IMG/VR virus record: IMGVR_UViG_3300031088_000737
Coordinates: 117,271-181,270 of that record
Direction: 5' to 3' (one strand)
Origin: a virus
Length of the DNA: 64,000 nt
Positions 47,577 through 58,443 of the stretch are shown here, in pieces (the first letter of the stretch is position 1; every line of letters starts with the position of its first letter). A program made the translations under genes and the position numbers. The notes under the pieces are model-generated. The model worked only from the letters and a program-made list of their open reading frames with translations, was not told the DNA's origin and did not search any database.

Positions 47577-48032
47577 ATGGGCGTAAAAACTTACACAAAC
47601 GAAAGACGAGTTTACTTTGACATGGATGGTGTCCTAGCCGACTTTGAAAAAGAAGCAATTGAACGCAACATCCCCTTTAATGAATTGAAAATGAAAGTTG
47701 ACGCTTATCGTCATCTCCCTATTATGGACGGTGCAAAAGAAGCGGTTCAACGCTTTATTGATGCTGGTTATGAGATTTTCATCTTGACCAAAATTCCACG
47801 AGATAACCCTTACTCTGCAACTGAAAAGATTTTCTGGGTGAATGACCACTTCCCTGAGTTCTCTGATCGCATCATGATTTCTCCCGATAAAGGTGCGTTG
47901 GGTTGTGAAGGACATATCCTCATTGATGACCATCCAGAATGGGCGAATGCTCACTCTTTTGCAAAACGTGGTGGACAAGTAATTGCGTTCAAACGTAATT
48001 GGGCTGATGTTTTCGCAGAAGCTGGTGTTTAA
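47577..48032 (+). CDS. 5'(3')-deoxyribonucleotidase-like HAD
   Basis: YFDMDGVLADF, EKIFWV, K..L....ILIDDHP. Confidence 0.85.
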   Translation: MGVKTYTNERRVYFDMDGVLADFEKEAIERNIPFNELKMKVDAYRHLPIMDGAKEAVQRFIDAGYEIFILTKIPRDNPYSATEKIFWVNDHFPEFSDRIMISPDKGALGCEGHILIDDHPEWANAHSFAKRGGQVIAFKRNWADVFAEAGV

Positions 48033-48082
48033 TTAACCAATAAAAGGACTTATTCGTAAGTTCTTTTTTTATAGGAGTTTAC

Positions 48083-49561
48083 ATGAGACGTTTAGAATAT
48101 GATGCAGATACACAAGAAGAAGTTATCAACTATTTCCAGACAAGAGCACGTCAGTTGCTGCCAGAAGGGTTTGTGTGGCAAAAAGATATTACACAAGCTC
48201 CCGGTGGTTTGATCACAACCTTTATAAAAGACAAAGAAGTCTTTAAGTCTTATTACTGCTATGCTTCATCCAGAGGCAAAGGGTTTTCAAGTCGTGTGAT
48301 TGGTTCCATTAAAGAACGTATTGTCACCACCACTGATTGTCATATTGAAGAATTTTTGATTGCTAAAAAGAAATCCTATGTTTTAGCGGGTGCCATAACT
48401 GAAACTGCTGAGTATAAAGCTATTCAGGAATTTTATCATGATAGAAAGGCCGCTCGTAGTCAATGTTATTTGATGAACCATATTGATGAAGCCTTATTTA
48501 TTATGACAGCTTTTAATGCCAGTGATGTAGCAAAACGTGCTTTCTGTATTCATCCATTGGTTCAAAATGATCAAGACCTTACCAAAAACTGGGAAGCGTT
48601 GAAAAATACTATGGACTCAGAAGTGCTTGCGTTAGCTATGGAGTATCGTAATATTGCCAATGCTTATTTGTCACATCGTAAGATTAAAAACATTGATGAA
48701 ATTGCACTCAGTCCTATTGCTGATGTCAATCAAATGTTAATTGGTGACAAAATTCAAAACTATAAAGACTTTTTAATCTATCATTATGAGACACATGAAC
48801 GTAGTGAAGAATTGAAAAAATATTTTAAAAACTGGCTAAAAAAACTCGATGTTGAAAAATCTACATTTGTCGCTCTTTGTGAATCACTGAAAGCGATTGA
48901 ATTGAAACCAATTAATTCTTCTCTCGAAAACAAAGAACATTTAAAAACACTTTCAAATTTGGTAGGCTTTAATTTAGCACAAGTTGATGGTGCAGTAGAA
49001 TTTGAAACACCCAGTGCTGGCTTTAGACGTTTTGATATGACGTTAGCTGATTTTAAATATATTAAACCCATCAATAAAGTATGTGATTATGTTCTTTCGA
49101 ATTCGATGAAGGTTAATCATAGACATTTTGATGACTTTTTGAAGAAGACACTTCATAAACAGTTGAAAGCAATTACACGGAATGATATTTTTTCCAAAAA
49201 ATATGCTTTATTCCAATTGAAAGAACAGGCAGTTAATTGGACAGACATTGAGTATTATGAAGTCTGCTATTCTACAAACTGGACAGCATCTGGTCATGCT
49301 TATTATCTGTTTAGATTTTATCTTGATCCTATTGAACCTTCATGTGTTCTTGAAAAAGGTATGTCTGAGTATCCTTATCATTCCGATCCACAAGAAGCTA
49401 ACAGACCAAAAATTATTATCTCAACACATTACAAAGATTTTTCTCAGTTAAGCCTTTTGTTCCTTCAAAACTACAAGAGAGAGATTAGTAAAACATTAGG
49501 TGTTACTACTGATGTTGTTGATAATGACACTGTTAAATTAATCAATATGTTGACCATTTAA
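48083..49561 (+). CDS. Fusion: GNAT-like region + HD-like helical domain + MxxI-tail domain
   Basis: YCYASSRGKG; RSQCYLMNHIDEAL...AFCIHPLVQ...MEYRNIANAYLS; ends LINMLTI. Confidence 0.6.
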   Translation: MRRLEYDADTQEEVINYFQTRARQLLPEGFVWQKDITQAPGGLITTFIKDKEVFKSYYCYASSRGKGFSSRVIGSIKERIVTTTDCHIEEFLIAKKKSYVLAGAITETAEYKAIQEFYHDRKAARSQCYLMNHIDEALFIMTAFNASDVAKRAFCIHPLVQNDQDLTKNWEALKNTMDSEVLALAMEYRNIANAYLSHRKIKNIDEIALSPIADVNQMLIGDKIQNYKDFLIYHYETHERSEELKKYFKNWLKKLDVEKSTFVALCESLKAIELKPINSSLENKEHLKTLSNLVGFNLAQVDGAVEFETPSAGFRRFDMTLADFKYIKPINKVCDYVLSNSMKVNHRHFDDFLKKTLHKQLKAITRNDIFSKKYALFQLKEQAVNWTDIEYYEVCYSTNWTASGHAYYLFRFYLDPIEPSCVLEKGMSEYPYHSDPQEANRPKIIISTHYKDFSQLSLLFLQNYKREISKTLGVTTDVVDNDTVKLINMLTI

Positions 49562-49650
49562 TATTGATAATAATAATACATAGAAAACCAGTTTAGGCTG
49601 GTTTTTTTTATGTCTTGTGGTATTATGATATTAACTATTATTAAATTACT

Positions 49651-50664
49651 ATGATACTTTATAACTTAACCGATGTTAAAAACCAAATAATTAACAATTT
49701 CAAAGGCACTGGTGAGGAAAAAAAACTCGCTATCAAAAAGATCAGTGAACTTTATTCTACACGCTATGCTATTGATCAATTGTCAGTAGACAAGGTGTAT
49801 ATGATTATCAGTGAAGATCCTCATTTTACTTTTCATATTGATGAAGACCATCTTTCCAAAATTAATTTGTTTGCAAAAATGAATATGGGACTAGGTTCAA
49901 ACATAGACCTGAGCAATATAAAAGGTTTTGAAGTTGATAATTATTATAGCCATAACGTCAAAAACTCTTCTGAATTAAAGGAAGCTGTATTAGCCTTTAA
50001 ACAGCTTGATGAGATTTCTGGCGTTATAAGAGAGATGGAAGAAGAAAGAGCACGTAAAAAGGCTAAATTAAGTGAGTTGAATACACGCTATGGTGTTGTA
50101 GATAATTCAGTTATGAATAAAAAGATTGTTTCCGTTGATTTTGAATTTGAACCCAATGATAAAGATATCTTTCAATTATCTCAAATTTCTGAAATTGGTT
50201 TTACTTTTTATGAAGATGGTATCACAACATCAAAACATTATCTTATTGAAGAAAACAGAAAATATAGCAGTAAGGCATTCTTACAAGAATTGTTTTTATT
50301 TGGTGAGACTGAAACCATTACCATTGCCGACATTGATTCATTATTAAGAAAAACGATGGCTGATAATGAAGTTCTTATTGTACACGGTTACTCTACTGAG
50401 TTGCGTTTTATGGACGTGAATGAGATTGATTATTCTAACTTGGAAGTCTATGACACTCAATTAGTATTTAAGCAGTATTTCGATGAAAAAGAACCTAATC
50501 TTAAACGTCTCTCCCATATGCTGCAGCATTTTGATATTCCATACACATTCTTACACAATGCGGGTAATGATTCTTATCATACCTTTGGTGTGTTTCAAAC
50601 CATGATGGAAAACATCCCTAAACCAGAAGTAGAATTGAAGCGAAAAATATCTTTAAGAGTATAG
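49651..50664 (+). CDS. DEDD-family exonuclease (Gfd2/YDR514C-like), paralog of 54681
   Basis: VSVDFEF, SEIGFT, LIVHG, DTQ, LHNAGNDSYHT. Confidence 0.75.
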   Translation: MILYNLTDVKNQIINNFKGTGEEKKLAIKKISELYSTRYAIDQLSVDKVYMIISEDPHFTFHIDEDHLSKINLFAKMNMGLGSNIDLSNIKGFEVDNYYSHNVKNSSELKEAVLAFKQLDEISGVIREMEEERARKKAKLSELNTRYGVVDNSVMNKKIVSVDFEFEPNDKDIFQLSQISEIGFTFYEDGITTSKHYLIEENRKYSSKAFLQELFLFGETETITIADIDSLLRKTMADNEVLIVHGYSTELRFMDVNEIDYSNLEVYDTQLVFKQYFDEKEPNLKRLSHMLQHFDIPYTFLHNAGNDSYHTFGVFQTMMENIPKPEVELKRKISLRV

Positions 50665-50729
50665 AGAAAGGACTTCACAATTCTGTTGACCATGATATAA
50701 TAGTAAATAACAATTAACGGACTTATATT

Positions 50730-51167
50730 ATGAAGAAATTATCCTGCGGGACACTCATAGTTAGGGATCGTATGGGAACAAAAGAACTTTTTATGGCTCA
50801 TGTTACTGGACAAAAATTCTGGGACATTCCAAAAGGTGGTAAGAACCTCCACGAAAACTACATTGAGGCAGCACTTAGAGAACTAGAAGAAGAATCTGGT
50901 TTTAAATGTAACCATCATGAACTTTTTGATTTAGGCTTATTTGAATACACCGAACGCAAAGATTTGTATTTGTTTAAATATGTGGGTGAAAAGTATTTAT
51001 GTGATCAAACTGCTATTTGTACCAGTACATTTTTTAGCAAAATTCATGAAACAAGATTACCCGAAGTAGACGATTTTAAATATGTCCCCTTTGATGATGT
51101 GTTAGCACATTGTAGCGAGGGCTTTAAAAATGTATTTCCACTCCTATTACAGAAAAGAATTATTTGA
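50730..51167 (+). CDS. NUDIX hydrolase
   Basis: WDIPKGG...E....AALRELEEESG Nudix box. Confidence 0.9.
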   Translation: MKKLSCGTLIVRDRMGTKELFMAHVTGQKFWDIPKGGKNLHENYIEAALRELEEESGFKCNHHELFDLGLFEYTERKDLYLFKYVGEKYLCDQTAICTSTFFSKIHETRLPEVDDFKYVPFDDVLAHCSEGFKNVFPLLLQKRII

Positions 51168-51214
51168 TAGTTCTTTTTTTTTATGTTAAAATCATAGGCT
51201 AAGAGGATGTAGCT

Positions 51215-51778
51215 ATGAATGGTAAAATTTATGTTGGCTTAGACATTGATGAAACACTCATCATGACCAAACGTTATGGTAGCCTGTATGACAGGCCAGA
51301 TGACGCTGAGTTTTATTTTGAGTGTGGCCCTTTCAAATATTGCCTATATAAGCGACCGTTCCTTGATCAGTTCCTGACGTATGTGCATGAGAACTATAAC
51401 GTGTTTTTCTACACCAGAGCAACACAAGAATATGCTCAACAAATTATTACCTTCTTGGGATATCCAAATACACCACTCTTTCATCGTGAAGATTGTCAAC
51501 GTATTGAAGAAATATTACCTTATGAAAAACAGAAGACAGTTTATCATAAAAAGAATTTGGGCATGGTTGCTGCTCAGTTAAACATTGACCTTCGTGATAT
51601 TGTATTCATTGATGATGTAGTGAATGACCGAGAAATTATGCCTACTGAACTGGTTATAACCATTCCAGAATTTGATGGCGAAGATGACTGTTGCCTCAAA
51701 ATCATCCATGACCACTTTGTTGAAAGTGAACAAACCCCACAACAAATTCAATACATGAAAACATTACAATTTCTTTGA
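51215..51778 (+). CDS. NIF/FCP1-like HAD phosphatase
   Basis: LDIDETLI, KRPFLDQFL, YT.AT.EYA, VFIDD. Confidence 0.85.
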   Translation: MNGKIYVGLDIDETLIMTKRYGSLYDRPDDAEFYFECGPFKYCLYKRPFLDQFLTYVHENYNVFFYTRATQEYAQQIITFLGYPNTPLFHREDCQRIEEILPYEKQKTVYHKKNLGMVAAQLNIDLRDIVFIDDVVNDREIMPTELVITIPEFDGEDDCCLKIIHDHFVESEQTPQQIQYMKTLQFL

Positions 51779-51839
51779 TTGTCTATTTTATTATTTTTGA
51801 TAAATGTTATTATATACTTATATTAACATTAAATAATTT

Positions 51840-53750
51840 ATGTCTAACTTAAAAAAGCACCTTGAAAAAATACAAAAAGAAGAAGCGGCTGATAATTTTG
51901 CTAAATGGGCACGAACTGACGCTATTCTAGATGATGACGATGAACCACGAGTCCTCTATTGTGGCACTTTATCCGAATTTGAGAAATTTGATATTACAAA
52001 GACCCGTCCAGAAGCTTATTTTGGTCAGGGATTCTATTTCAGTGATAGCCTTGCAGATGCGTCCGATAACTATGCTAGACGTGAAGGTCCAGATCATGTT
52101 GTTAATACAGACAATGAGCGATATAAACTTCATGATGATCTTGAAAACTTTTTAGAATCTAACTACAAAGACCAATTAGAAAACCCAGAAGCCTCTGAAA
52201 TGAGTCAGAAAATTAAACATATTTATGATTTGGCAATGGATGGTGAGGATATTGAACAATCTTTATTGGATGAGTTATTCGCATTTCATGAGAAAGAGAT
52301 ATTGAAAAGAACTCATGATGGATTTGTCATGCCTGTATTTCTTGTAGGTAGAAAAATAATGGACGTTGACAATCACTCGTTTGAGGCAGAAGAAGATTAT
52401 GGAGATTTTAATGAACTTCTTCAACAATTTGATGAGAGATTTTCAGATATATCTTCAGATTTTAGAATTGAGTTAGAATCTTTATTGTCATGTCCGGGTG
52501 ATGAATCATATCCTGATTTAGAAGAAGTTTTAGGTTTATTAGAAAGTGCTATTGAATCGAGCTGTATTGATACAGAAGATGAAGAAGAATTAGAAAAGAT
52601 TGAAGAGATGAAAGCCTGTATTGAACAATATTATGAAATAGACGATGAGCGTTGTTTAACTTATAAATTATCAGGAGAAGGCCCAGCATTAAGAGATCAC
52701 ATTGTTACTATATTAGAAAATAATGGATGTGATTCTGATGTTAATCGTTTTCAAGAAGCGTTTAACTCACACTTTGCAGATTTGAATGATACGTTTACTG
52801 CTGTCGATTTTATAGAAAATGAAGATATTCAATTAGCTCTTTGTGATAGCTATGTTGAAGTGGATAATATTTACAACATGCATGTATCGGGTTCACGAGC
52901 TTTATTTGCATTAGCCATTCAGGAAATGGGGTATGACACTATAAAAATGGACCCATCAGAACGATTTAAGGGGATGAACCATGTGGTGGGTACAACACAT
53001 TACATCTCGTTCAATCCGTTAAATATTAAAAGTGCTATCGGCAATAATGGTGAATATTCATTAACTGATCCCGATATTCTTCATCGTGTCTGTAAAACAG
53101 CTCACGACATCAATATAAAAGAAAGCTCTATTTCTTTCAAAGAAGCTTCTCATATTATAAAGGATATCGGACTTCATTATAAAAATATGCCTAAATGCCA
53201 TATCCATACCGATTTTGACGATGTTATTCATTCTGTTGTGGGTAAAGATAAAAATATTGAATCCTGTACTGGCTGGTATGACACCCATTCCCATTCTATT
53301 CATGTTTACTTACCTAATATTATGAACAGAAAAGAATTAGAAAAAACCATTTGTCATGAACTGTTTGGTCATTTGTCATTAAGAGATATTATGGGTAACA
53401 ATTATGAAAGAACTATGAATAAAGTTTATGATTACTATGAGAGCAAAGGGCAGCTTGATGATATTAAGAGCACTTATGTTGATAGATACAATCTTAACTT
53501 AAATAATAAAAAAGACCGAGCTATTATAGCGGAAGAGAAAATGGCTGAAGTTATTGAGTTACATGGCTTTAAACAGTTCCCTTTAAAAAACGTTATTATG
53601 GGAGCCATTCGAAACAGTATTCGTAAAGTGGTTAGTTCTCTCAATGTTACTGAGAATGACATTACTTATATGATGTATCAATCTCATAAAAACATGTTAG
53701 AATTTAATCATAAGAGTGAAAAGAAACGTATTAAAGTTAAACATCATTAA
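51840..53750 (+). CDS. Polyvalent-type protein: ART-PolyVal ADP-ribosyltransferase-like domain with a large acidic insert + zincin metallopeptidase-like domain
   Basis: EPRVLYCGT..F..FD, FGQGFYFSD, VMPVFL, GYD.I, F.P..IKSAIGNNGEYS..DPDI; C-terminal TGWYD...HELFGH (HExxxH). Confidence 0.75.
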   Translation: MSNLKKHLEKIQKEEAADNFAKWARTDAILDDDDEPRVLYCGTLSEFEKFDITKTRPEAYFGQGFYFSDSLADASDNYARREGPDHVVNTDNERYKLHDDLENFLESNYKDQLENPEASEMSQKIKHIYDLAMDGEDIEQSLLDELFAFHEKEILKRTHDGFVMPVFLVGRKIMDVDNHSFEAEEDYGDFNELLQQFDERFSDISSDFRIELESLLSCPGDESYPDLEEVLGLLESAIESSCIDTEDEEELEKIEEMKACIEQYYEIDDERCLTYKLSGEGPALRDHIVTILENNGCDSDVNRFQEAFNSHFADLNDTFTAVDFIENEDIQLALCDSYVEVDNIYNMHVSGSRALFALAIQEMGYDTIKMDPSERFKGMNHVVGTTHYISFNPLNIKSAIGNNGEYSLTDPDILHRVCKTAHDINIKESSISFKEASHIIKDIGLHYKNMPKCHIHTDFDDVIHSVVGKDKNIESCTGWYDTHSHSIHVYLPNIMNRKELEKTICHELFGHLSLRDIMGNNYERTMNKVYDYYESKGQLDDIKSTYVDRYNLNLNNKKDRAIIAEEKMAEVIELHGFKQFPLKNVIMGAIRNSIRKVVSSLNVTENDITYMMYQSHKNMLEFNHKSEKKRIKVKHH

Positions 53751-53866
53751 AAATAGGAGGCATTTGCCTCTTATTCTCTTTACATTCGTCAAAAACGAAT
53801 AATATTGATTGACATAAAAAGCATAAAAGTGTTATAATATACAAAATAAATTTAAGAGGAATTTCC

Positions 53867-54511
53867 ATGAAAATTGTAGATATGATTTCATATGATACAG
53901 ATTTAACAACACCAGATGGTACATATGTGAGGTATTCTCATGAGTTGCCAAGTATTGCATTGGCAATTACAAAGAACCAGAATCCAATTTTGTTTATTGT
54001 CACTGACCATGAACCTATTGGTAATCTGGAGAAGTCTTTAAAATTTAGTAAAGATGACCTAAGTTGCAACGTTTCCATCTTTGACAAAGGATTGGATTTA
54101 GATATTTTCCTTGCTTCTTACATGACACAAGGTCTTTCAGCTATTTTAGATGAGAAGCCAGTTGTTTCTGAGATTTTGAGCTATCCTATTGTGCCAGAAA
54201 AATATGATTTTATTCTGGGTGCTCTTGATGGTGCAACTAAAATAGATTTGGTTCGTATTGTTGTAGATGACATTGAAGATTTTAATGCTCAATTAGTGAG
54301 TAAATTAAAAATTATGTTGGCTAACGATGATGGCGATCTAACCAGCGATGATATTTCAGACATCGAAATGCAAGTGTTGTTGGGTAGTAATGAGTTAACT
54401 TTTTTTGATATCTGTGATGTCTATGAATGGTTAGATACTAGCACAGAGCTTGATTTTAAGAGCTTTCCACTCAACGTAAAAAGTATTCATCATCAAGAGA
54501 TAACATTATAA
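53867..54511 (+). CDS. Hypothetical protein
   Basis: Promoter TTGACA-N18-TATAAT, GAGG SD, terminator. Confidence 0.7.
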   Translation: MKIVDMISYDTDLTTPDGTYVRYSHELPSIALAITKNQNPILFIVTDHEPIGNLEKSLKFSKDDLSCNVSIFDKGLDLDIFLASYMTQGLSAILDEKPVVSEILSYPIVPEKYDFILGALDGATKIDLVRIVVDDIEDFNAQLVSKLKIMLANDDGDLTSDDISDIEMQVLLGSNELTFFDICDVYEWLDTSTELDFKSFPLNVKSIHHQEITL

Positions 54512-54680
54512 AAGGACTGAAAAGTCCTTTTTTTTGACCATCAAAAAATTGACGCAAGTCAGCAAATCCCTCTAAAATCAATGGTTTCGCCTTGACTATT
54601 CCTCTTTTGCATGTAGAATATTAACATAATGTAAATGATATATTTTACTATTATAATACCCTAAAAAGGAGTTTAAAAAT

Positions 54681-55598
54681 ATGGATGAAATTATAAAAGC
54701 TTATTCCATAAAAGATATGAGGAAAAAGGTATTCAACAGTCTCTCTGTCAAGAACAGACAAGACATTGCTGATTTCATATCTATTCGAAATTTATTTGTT
54801 GAAATTTCAATTCGCAACTATTATGTTGATATTGATAAAAAAGAATGTTACATCCCCTTCATGGATTTTGTGAAGTTGTGTAGCTATATCAATACGAATT
54901 ATGAGACAAATTATCACATTTCTTCATTTGTATCAGTCGATATCAATGGAACCGATTTTACTATTATTCGTTCTGCAGAACATGCTGAATATTTGGACGC
55001 TACTTTCCAATACATGACCAATCATAATTCTTACAAAAAACATTTTTTTGACAGTGTGTTTCTTAAAGAATTGAAAATGACCAAAACATTGACGGCTTTT
55101 GACTTTTCATATGATAAAGATCAAAACATTGTGGATGTTGGTATTTCTTACTTTGATAAAAACATTCAAAAGAACTATCATTTTATTGTGGAAGAGAACA
55201 TGCCTGCTCAGTTTTCTGAGAAGACTAAGTATTTCTCATTTAACTTTGGTAAGACAGAAGTAAAGAAACTTAGCACCATCAAAGACTTTATCAGTTTGTT
55301 TACTAATCAGGCTGATGTCATTTTGTTGCATGACAGCACAAATGATATGAAAGTGATAGAAGCATTAGGTATGGCTGAGTTGTTTGCCAGTAAGAAGATT
55401 ATTGATACTTCGTTATTGTTGTCTGATGTAGAGCCTGTTGTTGAAACTGGTCGTGTTGTCAACCCAAATGAAAGAGTTAGCTTGAAAAATTTGTTATTGA
55501 AAAGCAAAATTTCTTACAGTCAACTTCATAACAGTGGTAATGACGCTTTTTACACACTCAAAGCATTCCTCAAAAACATTAAGAACAAGGCTCTATAA
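54681..55598 (+). CDS. DEDD-family exonuclease (Gfd2/YDR514C-like)
   Basis: AFDFSY, DVGIS, LLHD, IIDTS, LHNSGNDAFYT. Confidence 0.75.
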   Translation: MDEIIKAYSIKDMRKKVFNSLSVKNRQDIADFISIRNLFVEISIRNYYVDIDKKECYIPFMDFVKLCSYINTNYETNYHISSFVSVDINGTDFTIIRSAEHAEYLDATFQYMTNHNSYKKHFFDSVFLKELKMTKTLTAFDFSYDKDQNIVDVGISYFDKNIQKNYHFIVEENMPAQFSEKTKYFSFNFGKTEVKKLSTIKDFISLFTNQADVILLHDSTNDMKVIEALGMAELFASKKIIDTSLLLSDVEPVVETGRVVNPNERVSLKNLLLKSKISYSQLHNSGNDAFYTLKAFLKNIKNKAL

Positions 55599-56198
55599 TA
55601 GAGCCATTTCTAATGTATTCAACTGGTCTATAAAAACTTCATCTAACAGATTATTGAAATCAATAATTTCACGAATAACTGGTAAATTAAAGACAATGAA
55701 GTCAGAATCAATAACTTTTTGTTTAGCTTCTATATTGACAATCAAATTATCACTTCGATGATGCATTAGAGGTAAATCAATAATCATAAATCCAAAATCG
55801 GTCATTCTTGTTTTAATCATAGGATAAATTATTAATGTAAAAACAGATAGATTGGGTTTCTTTTTCTTAATGTCAAACGCAATTTCAGTATAGATTTGTC
55901 CTTCTACACGAGTCGGCCAATCACTTATACGATTTTTATTTTCTACTTCGATGATCTTATGCATATTGTTGATATAGTTTCTTAACATAGGCTTCATCTC
56001 AGATACATGTTCTATCAATAAATCAACATTGGACACTTTGAGAATAATAGAAGATTCTTCAAATTGAATAAATACTCTATCTTTTACGGCATGGTAACTG
56101 TCTGCTTTACCATATATTGGCTCGTTCTTTCTTATTTTTACTTTACCTGTAAGAAATTGTTCAGCAAATGATTGCATTTCTTTTTTATTTAACATCAT
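55593..56198 (-). CDS. Hypothetical protein, MxxI-tail family
   Basis: Ends TLEMALL. Confidence 0.7.
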   Translation of the reverse strand: MMLNKKEMQSFAEQFLTGKVKIRKNEPIYGKADSYHAVKDRVFIQFEESSIILKVSNVDLLIEHVSEMKPMLRNYINNMHKIIEVENKNRISDWPTRVEGQIYTEIAFDIKKKKPNLSVFTLIIYPMIKTRMTDFGFMIIDLPLMHHRSDNLIVNIEAKQKVIDSDFIVFNLPVIREIIDFNNLLDEVFIDQLNTLEMALL

Positions 56199-56204
56199 TA
56201 TCTC

Positions 56205-56729
56205 CTAAATCTTATTCATATCAGCAAGGCTTAAATAATCGCTGATGGTGCCTATGTCACTGCTATACTCAATACCCGAAATCAGTTTAATAAACGAAAA
56301 CAAATAATTATAGATAACCGTAGTGTTTTTGATTGTTCCATCTCGTTCTATTTTAACAATAAATACCTTATTGAGTGATTTTATTGTATTCTCATTACTG
56401 GTTGGTTTTAATGGCGGTAACATATTAAACCTTTGATGATGAATAACGGAGAAGACATCATATTTATTAATTTGAACCACAGGATCAGTGAAATCAATCA
56501 CTAAATACGTGTTATTGTTATCAATGACTAATTTTATGGGTAATACATTAATAAGATTATAAATATCCGTATAGGAGAATTCATTGATGTATTCAATCAT
56601 TGAAACGATTTCATTAATTGAATTGAATACATTATTTTCGTAGTTCACTACATCAGACAAGAAGGCTTCTTTATGAAACCATTCTTTTTTATGTCGATTG
56701 TAATATAGGTGTATTTCTTTTTTCAACAA
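56205..56729 (-). CDS. Hypothetical protein, MxxI-tail family
   Basis: Ends LADMNKI. Confidence 0.7.
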   Translation of the reverse strand: MLKKEIHLYYNRHKKEWFHKEAFLSDVVNYENNVFNSINEIVSMIEYINEFSYTDIYNLINVLPIKLVIDNNNTYLVIDFTDPVVQINKYDVFSVIHHQRFNMLPPLKPTSNENTIKSLNKVFIVKIERDGTIKNTTVIYNYLFSFIKLISGIEYSSDIGTISDYLSLADMNKI

Positions 56730-56740
56730 ATTCTCTCCTA

Positions 56741-57406
56741 TTAGATATTAGCCATGTCAGCAACAGAAAAATGATCAACCGTGAGTTCATTGCATGGCGT
56801 TTCAGTTATTTCAGATACTTTTTCTACGTTCCTTTGATTGCTAATGCTCTCAACTGAAACAGTAGAATCCGCTACCTTATCTTGCCCAATAAAGACTTTC
56901 ATGTTTCCAAATACTTCATAGAACACATTATCACTAAAATTCATGACAATGGTATAGTCTTCACGCTTTAAGTGTAATGCACCCAAGATAGATCCTTTTG
57001 AACACAATGTTTCTAATGACTTAAAGATACATTTAAAAATACATGCCATGTAAACTAGCAGTGGCATCATCATGTAAATAGGAAACACATTTAAGATAAT
57101 TTTCATCGGCTCAAAATAATAGCTTGATACAATAATACCAACAGTAACGACTGGAATTAAAGCCACAAGATAAAGGAAGCTATTCATTTTTACCTTATAA
57201 CCTTCTTTAATCATTGTCTTTTTAAAGAACAAGGTGGCAACTGTCATGGACATTGCAATACTCAGTGATGATGAAAAACTTGTCCATTTGAATTCACCAA
57301 AGAAGATTTGCAAGAATGGTAAGATTACACACATAACAACCAGTGCATTCATGGCTAGTTTGAATTTATGATCATCCTTATCAATATTCTGTTCAGTGTT
57401 GTTCAT
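56741..57406 (-). CDS. Multi-pass membrane protein, MxxI-tail family
   Basis: 4 TM; ends VADMANI. Confidence 0.7.
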   Translation of the reverse strand: MNNTEQNIDKDDHKFKLAMNALVVMCVILPFLQIFFGEFKWTSFSSSLSIAMSMTVATLFFKKTMIKEGYKVKMNSFLYLVALIPVVTVGIIVSSYYFEPMKIILNVFPIYMMMPLLVYMACIFKCIFKSLETLCSKGSILGALHLKREDYTIVMNFSDNVFYEVFGNMKVFIGQDKVADSTVSVESISNQRNVEKVSEITETPCNELTVDHFSVADMANI

Positions 57407-57531
57407 GTGTCATCCTCTTAATTTCCGTAATTATATCATAATACTCAAAACGTATCAATGGATTTTTCATTTAAAAACATGTTGACATATTTATTTATTT
57501 ATTATATATTCCCGAATCTTGGAGATTTGTT

Positions 57532-58332
57532 ATGACAATGATTAAAGAATTTATATTGAATTATGATAAAAAAATAGTGGCGACTATTTTTATACTTTTG
57601 CCAACAGTAATTATTAGCTTAATGCTGATCCCTATGTTTGTTGATAATTACACTTTTAATAATTATATCAATGGGAAAACATCCAATTATATTGACCTTA
57701 AAGAAGCTTTTAAATATATGATGGTATTTTCCTTCATTTATATGGTTTTAATAGTCATCTATAACATGCTCAGGCAAGGCGTGATTGATATAAACCAAAT
57801 ACAAGAAAACTCTTATTTTAATGTGCCCCGTTTATTATTAAGTTTTATTATTCTCGCAGCTTTTTCAATACCACTTTATATAGCTAGTAGTAATTATGAA
57901 GCCAGTAATATAGAATTTATAGAAAATAAATTAGTTGATGTCAAAAACAGTATTAATAATGGCACATGTGTTATAGCTAATGAAATAAAAGACACAGCAG
58001 TTGAAGTTTCTAATTGTAGCACTATTACAAATAAAATGCCGGGAACTTTATATTACAGTAAAGGTGGACCATTTAATAGTGTTAACATAACACTAGATAA
58101 TAGTAAACCACCTACTTATTCAAGTGGAATAAAAGAACCTGAAATCGTCTATCGTGGATACTTGGGTGCTTTTTGTAGAGGATTAAAAAATCCCGACAAC
58201 AGATTACACGCAGAGTTTCTAGAAATAAAAGCTCTCGGAGAAAACCCATTGACTGATGATTTTAAACCTCGTTGGTGTGAACAATATAAAGGTATGTCAC
58301 AAATAGCTTTCATATTGAAAAAAAATGAATAA
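57532..58332 (+). CDS. 3-TM protein with a Cys-containing periplasmic domain (paralog of 42943)
   Basis: Shared motifs with 42943..43722. Confidence 0.7.
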   Translation: MTMIKEFILNYDKKIVATIFILLPTVIISLMLIPMFVDNYTFNNYINGKTSNYIDLKEAFKYMMVFSFIYMVLIVIYNMLRQGVIDINQIQENSYFNVPRLLLSFIILAAFSIPLYIASSNYEASNIEFIENKLVDVKNSINNGTCVIANEIKDTAVEVSNCSTITNKMPGTLYYSKGGPFNSVNITLDNSKPPTYSSGIKEPEIVYRGYLGAFCRGLKNPDNRLHAEFLEIKALGENPLTDDFKPRWCEQYKGMSQIAFILKKNE

Positions 58333-58443
58333 ATTTATTTTTTGTAATGGAAAAAAGAGAACTCAAAGTTCTCTTTTTTATTGTAATGGATTTGACATCG
58401 AATCAATTTATTATAACATATCCCCATATTTAAGGATTATTTA

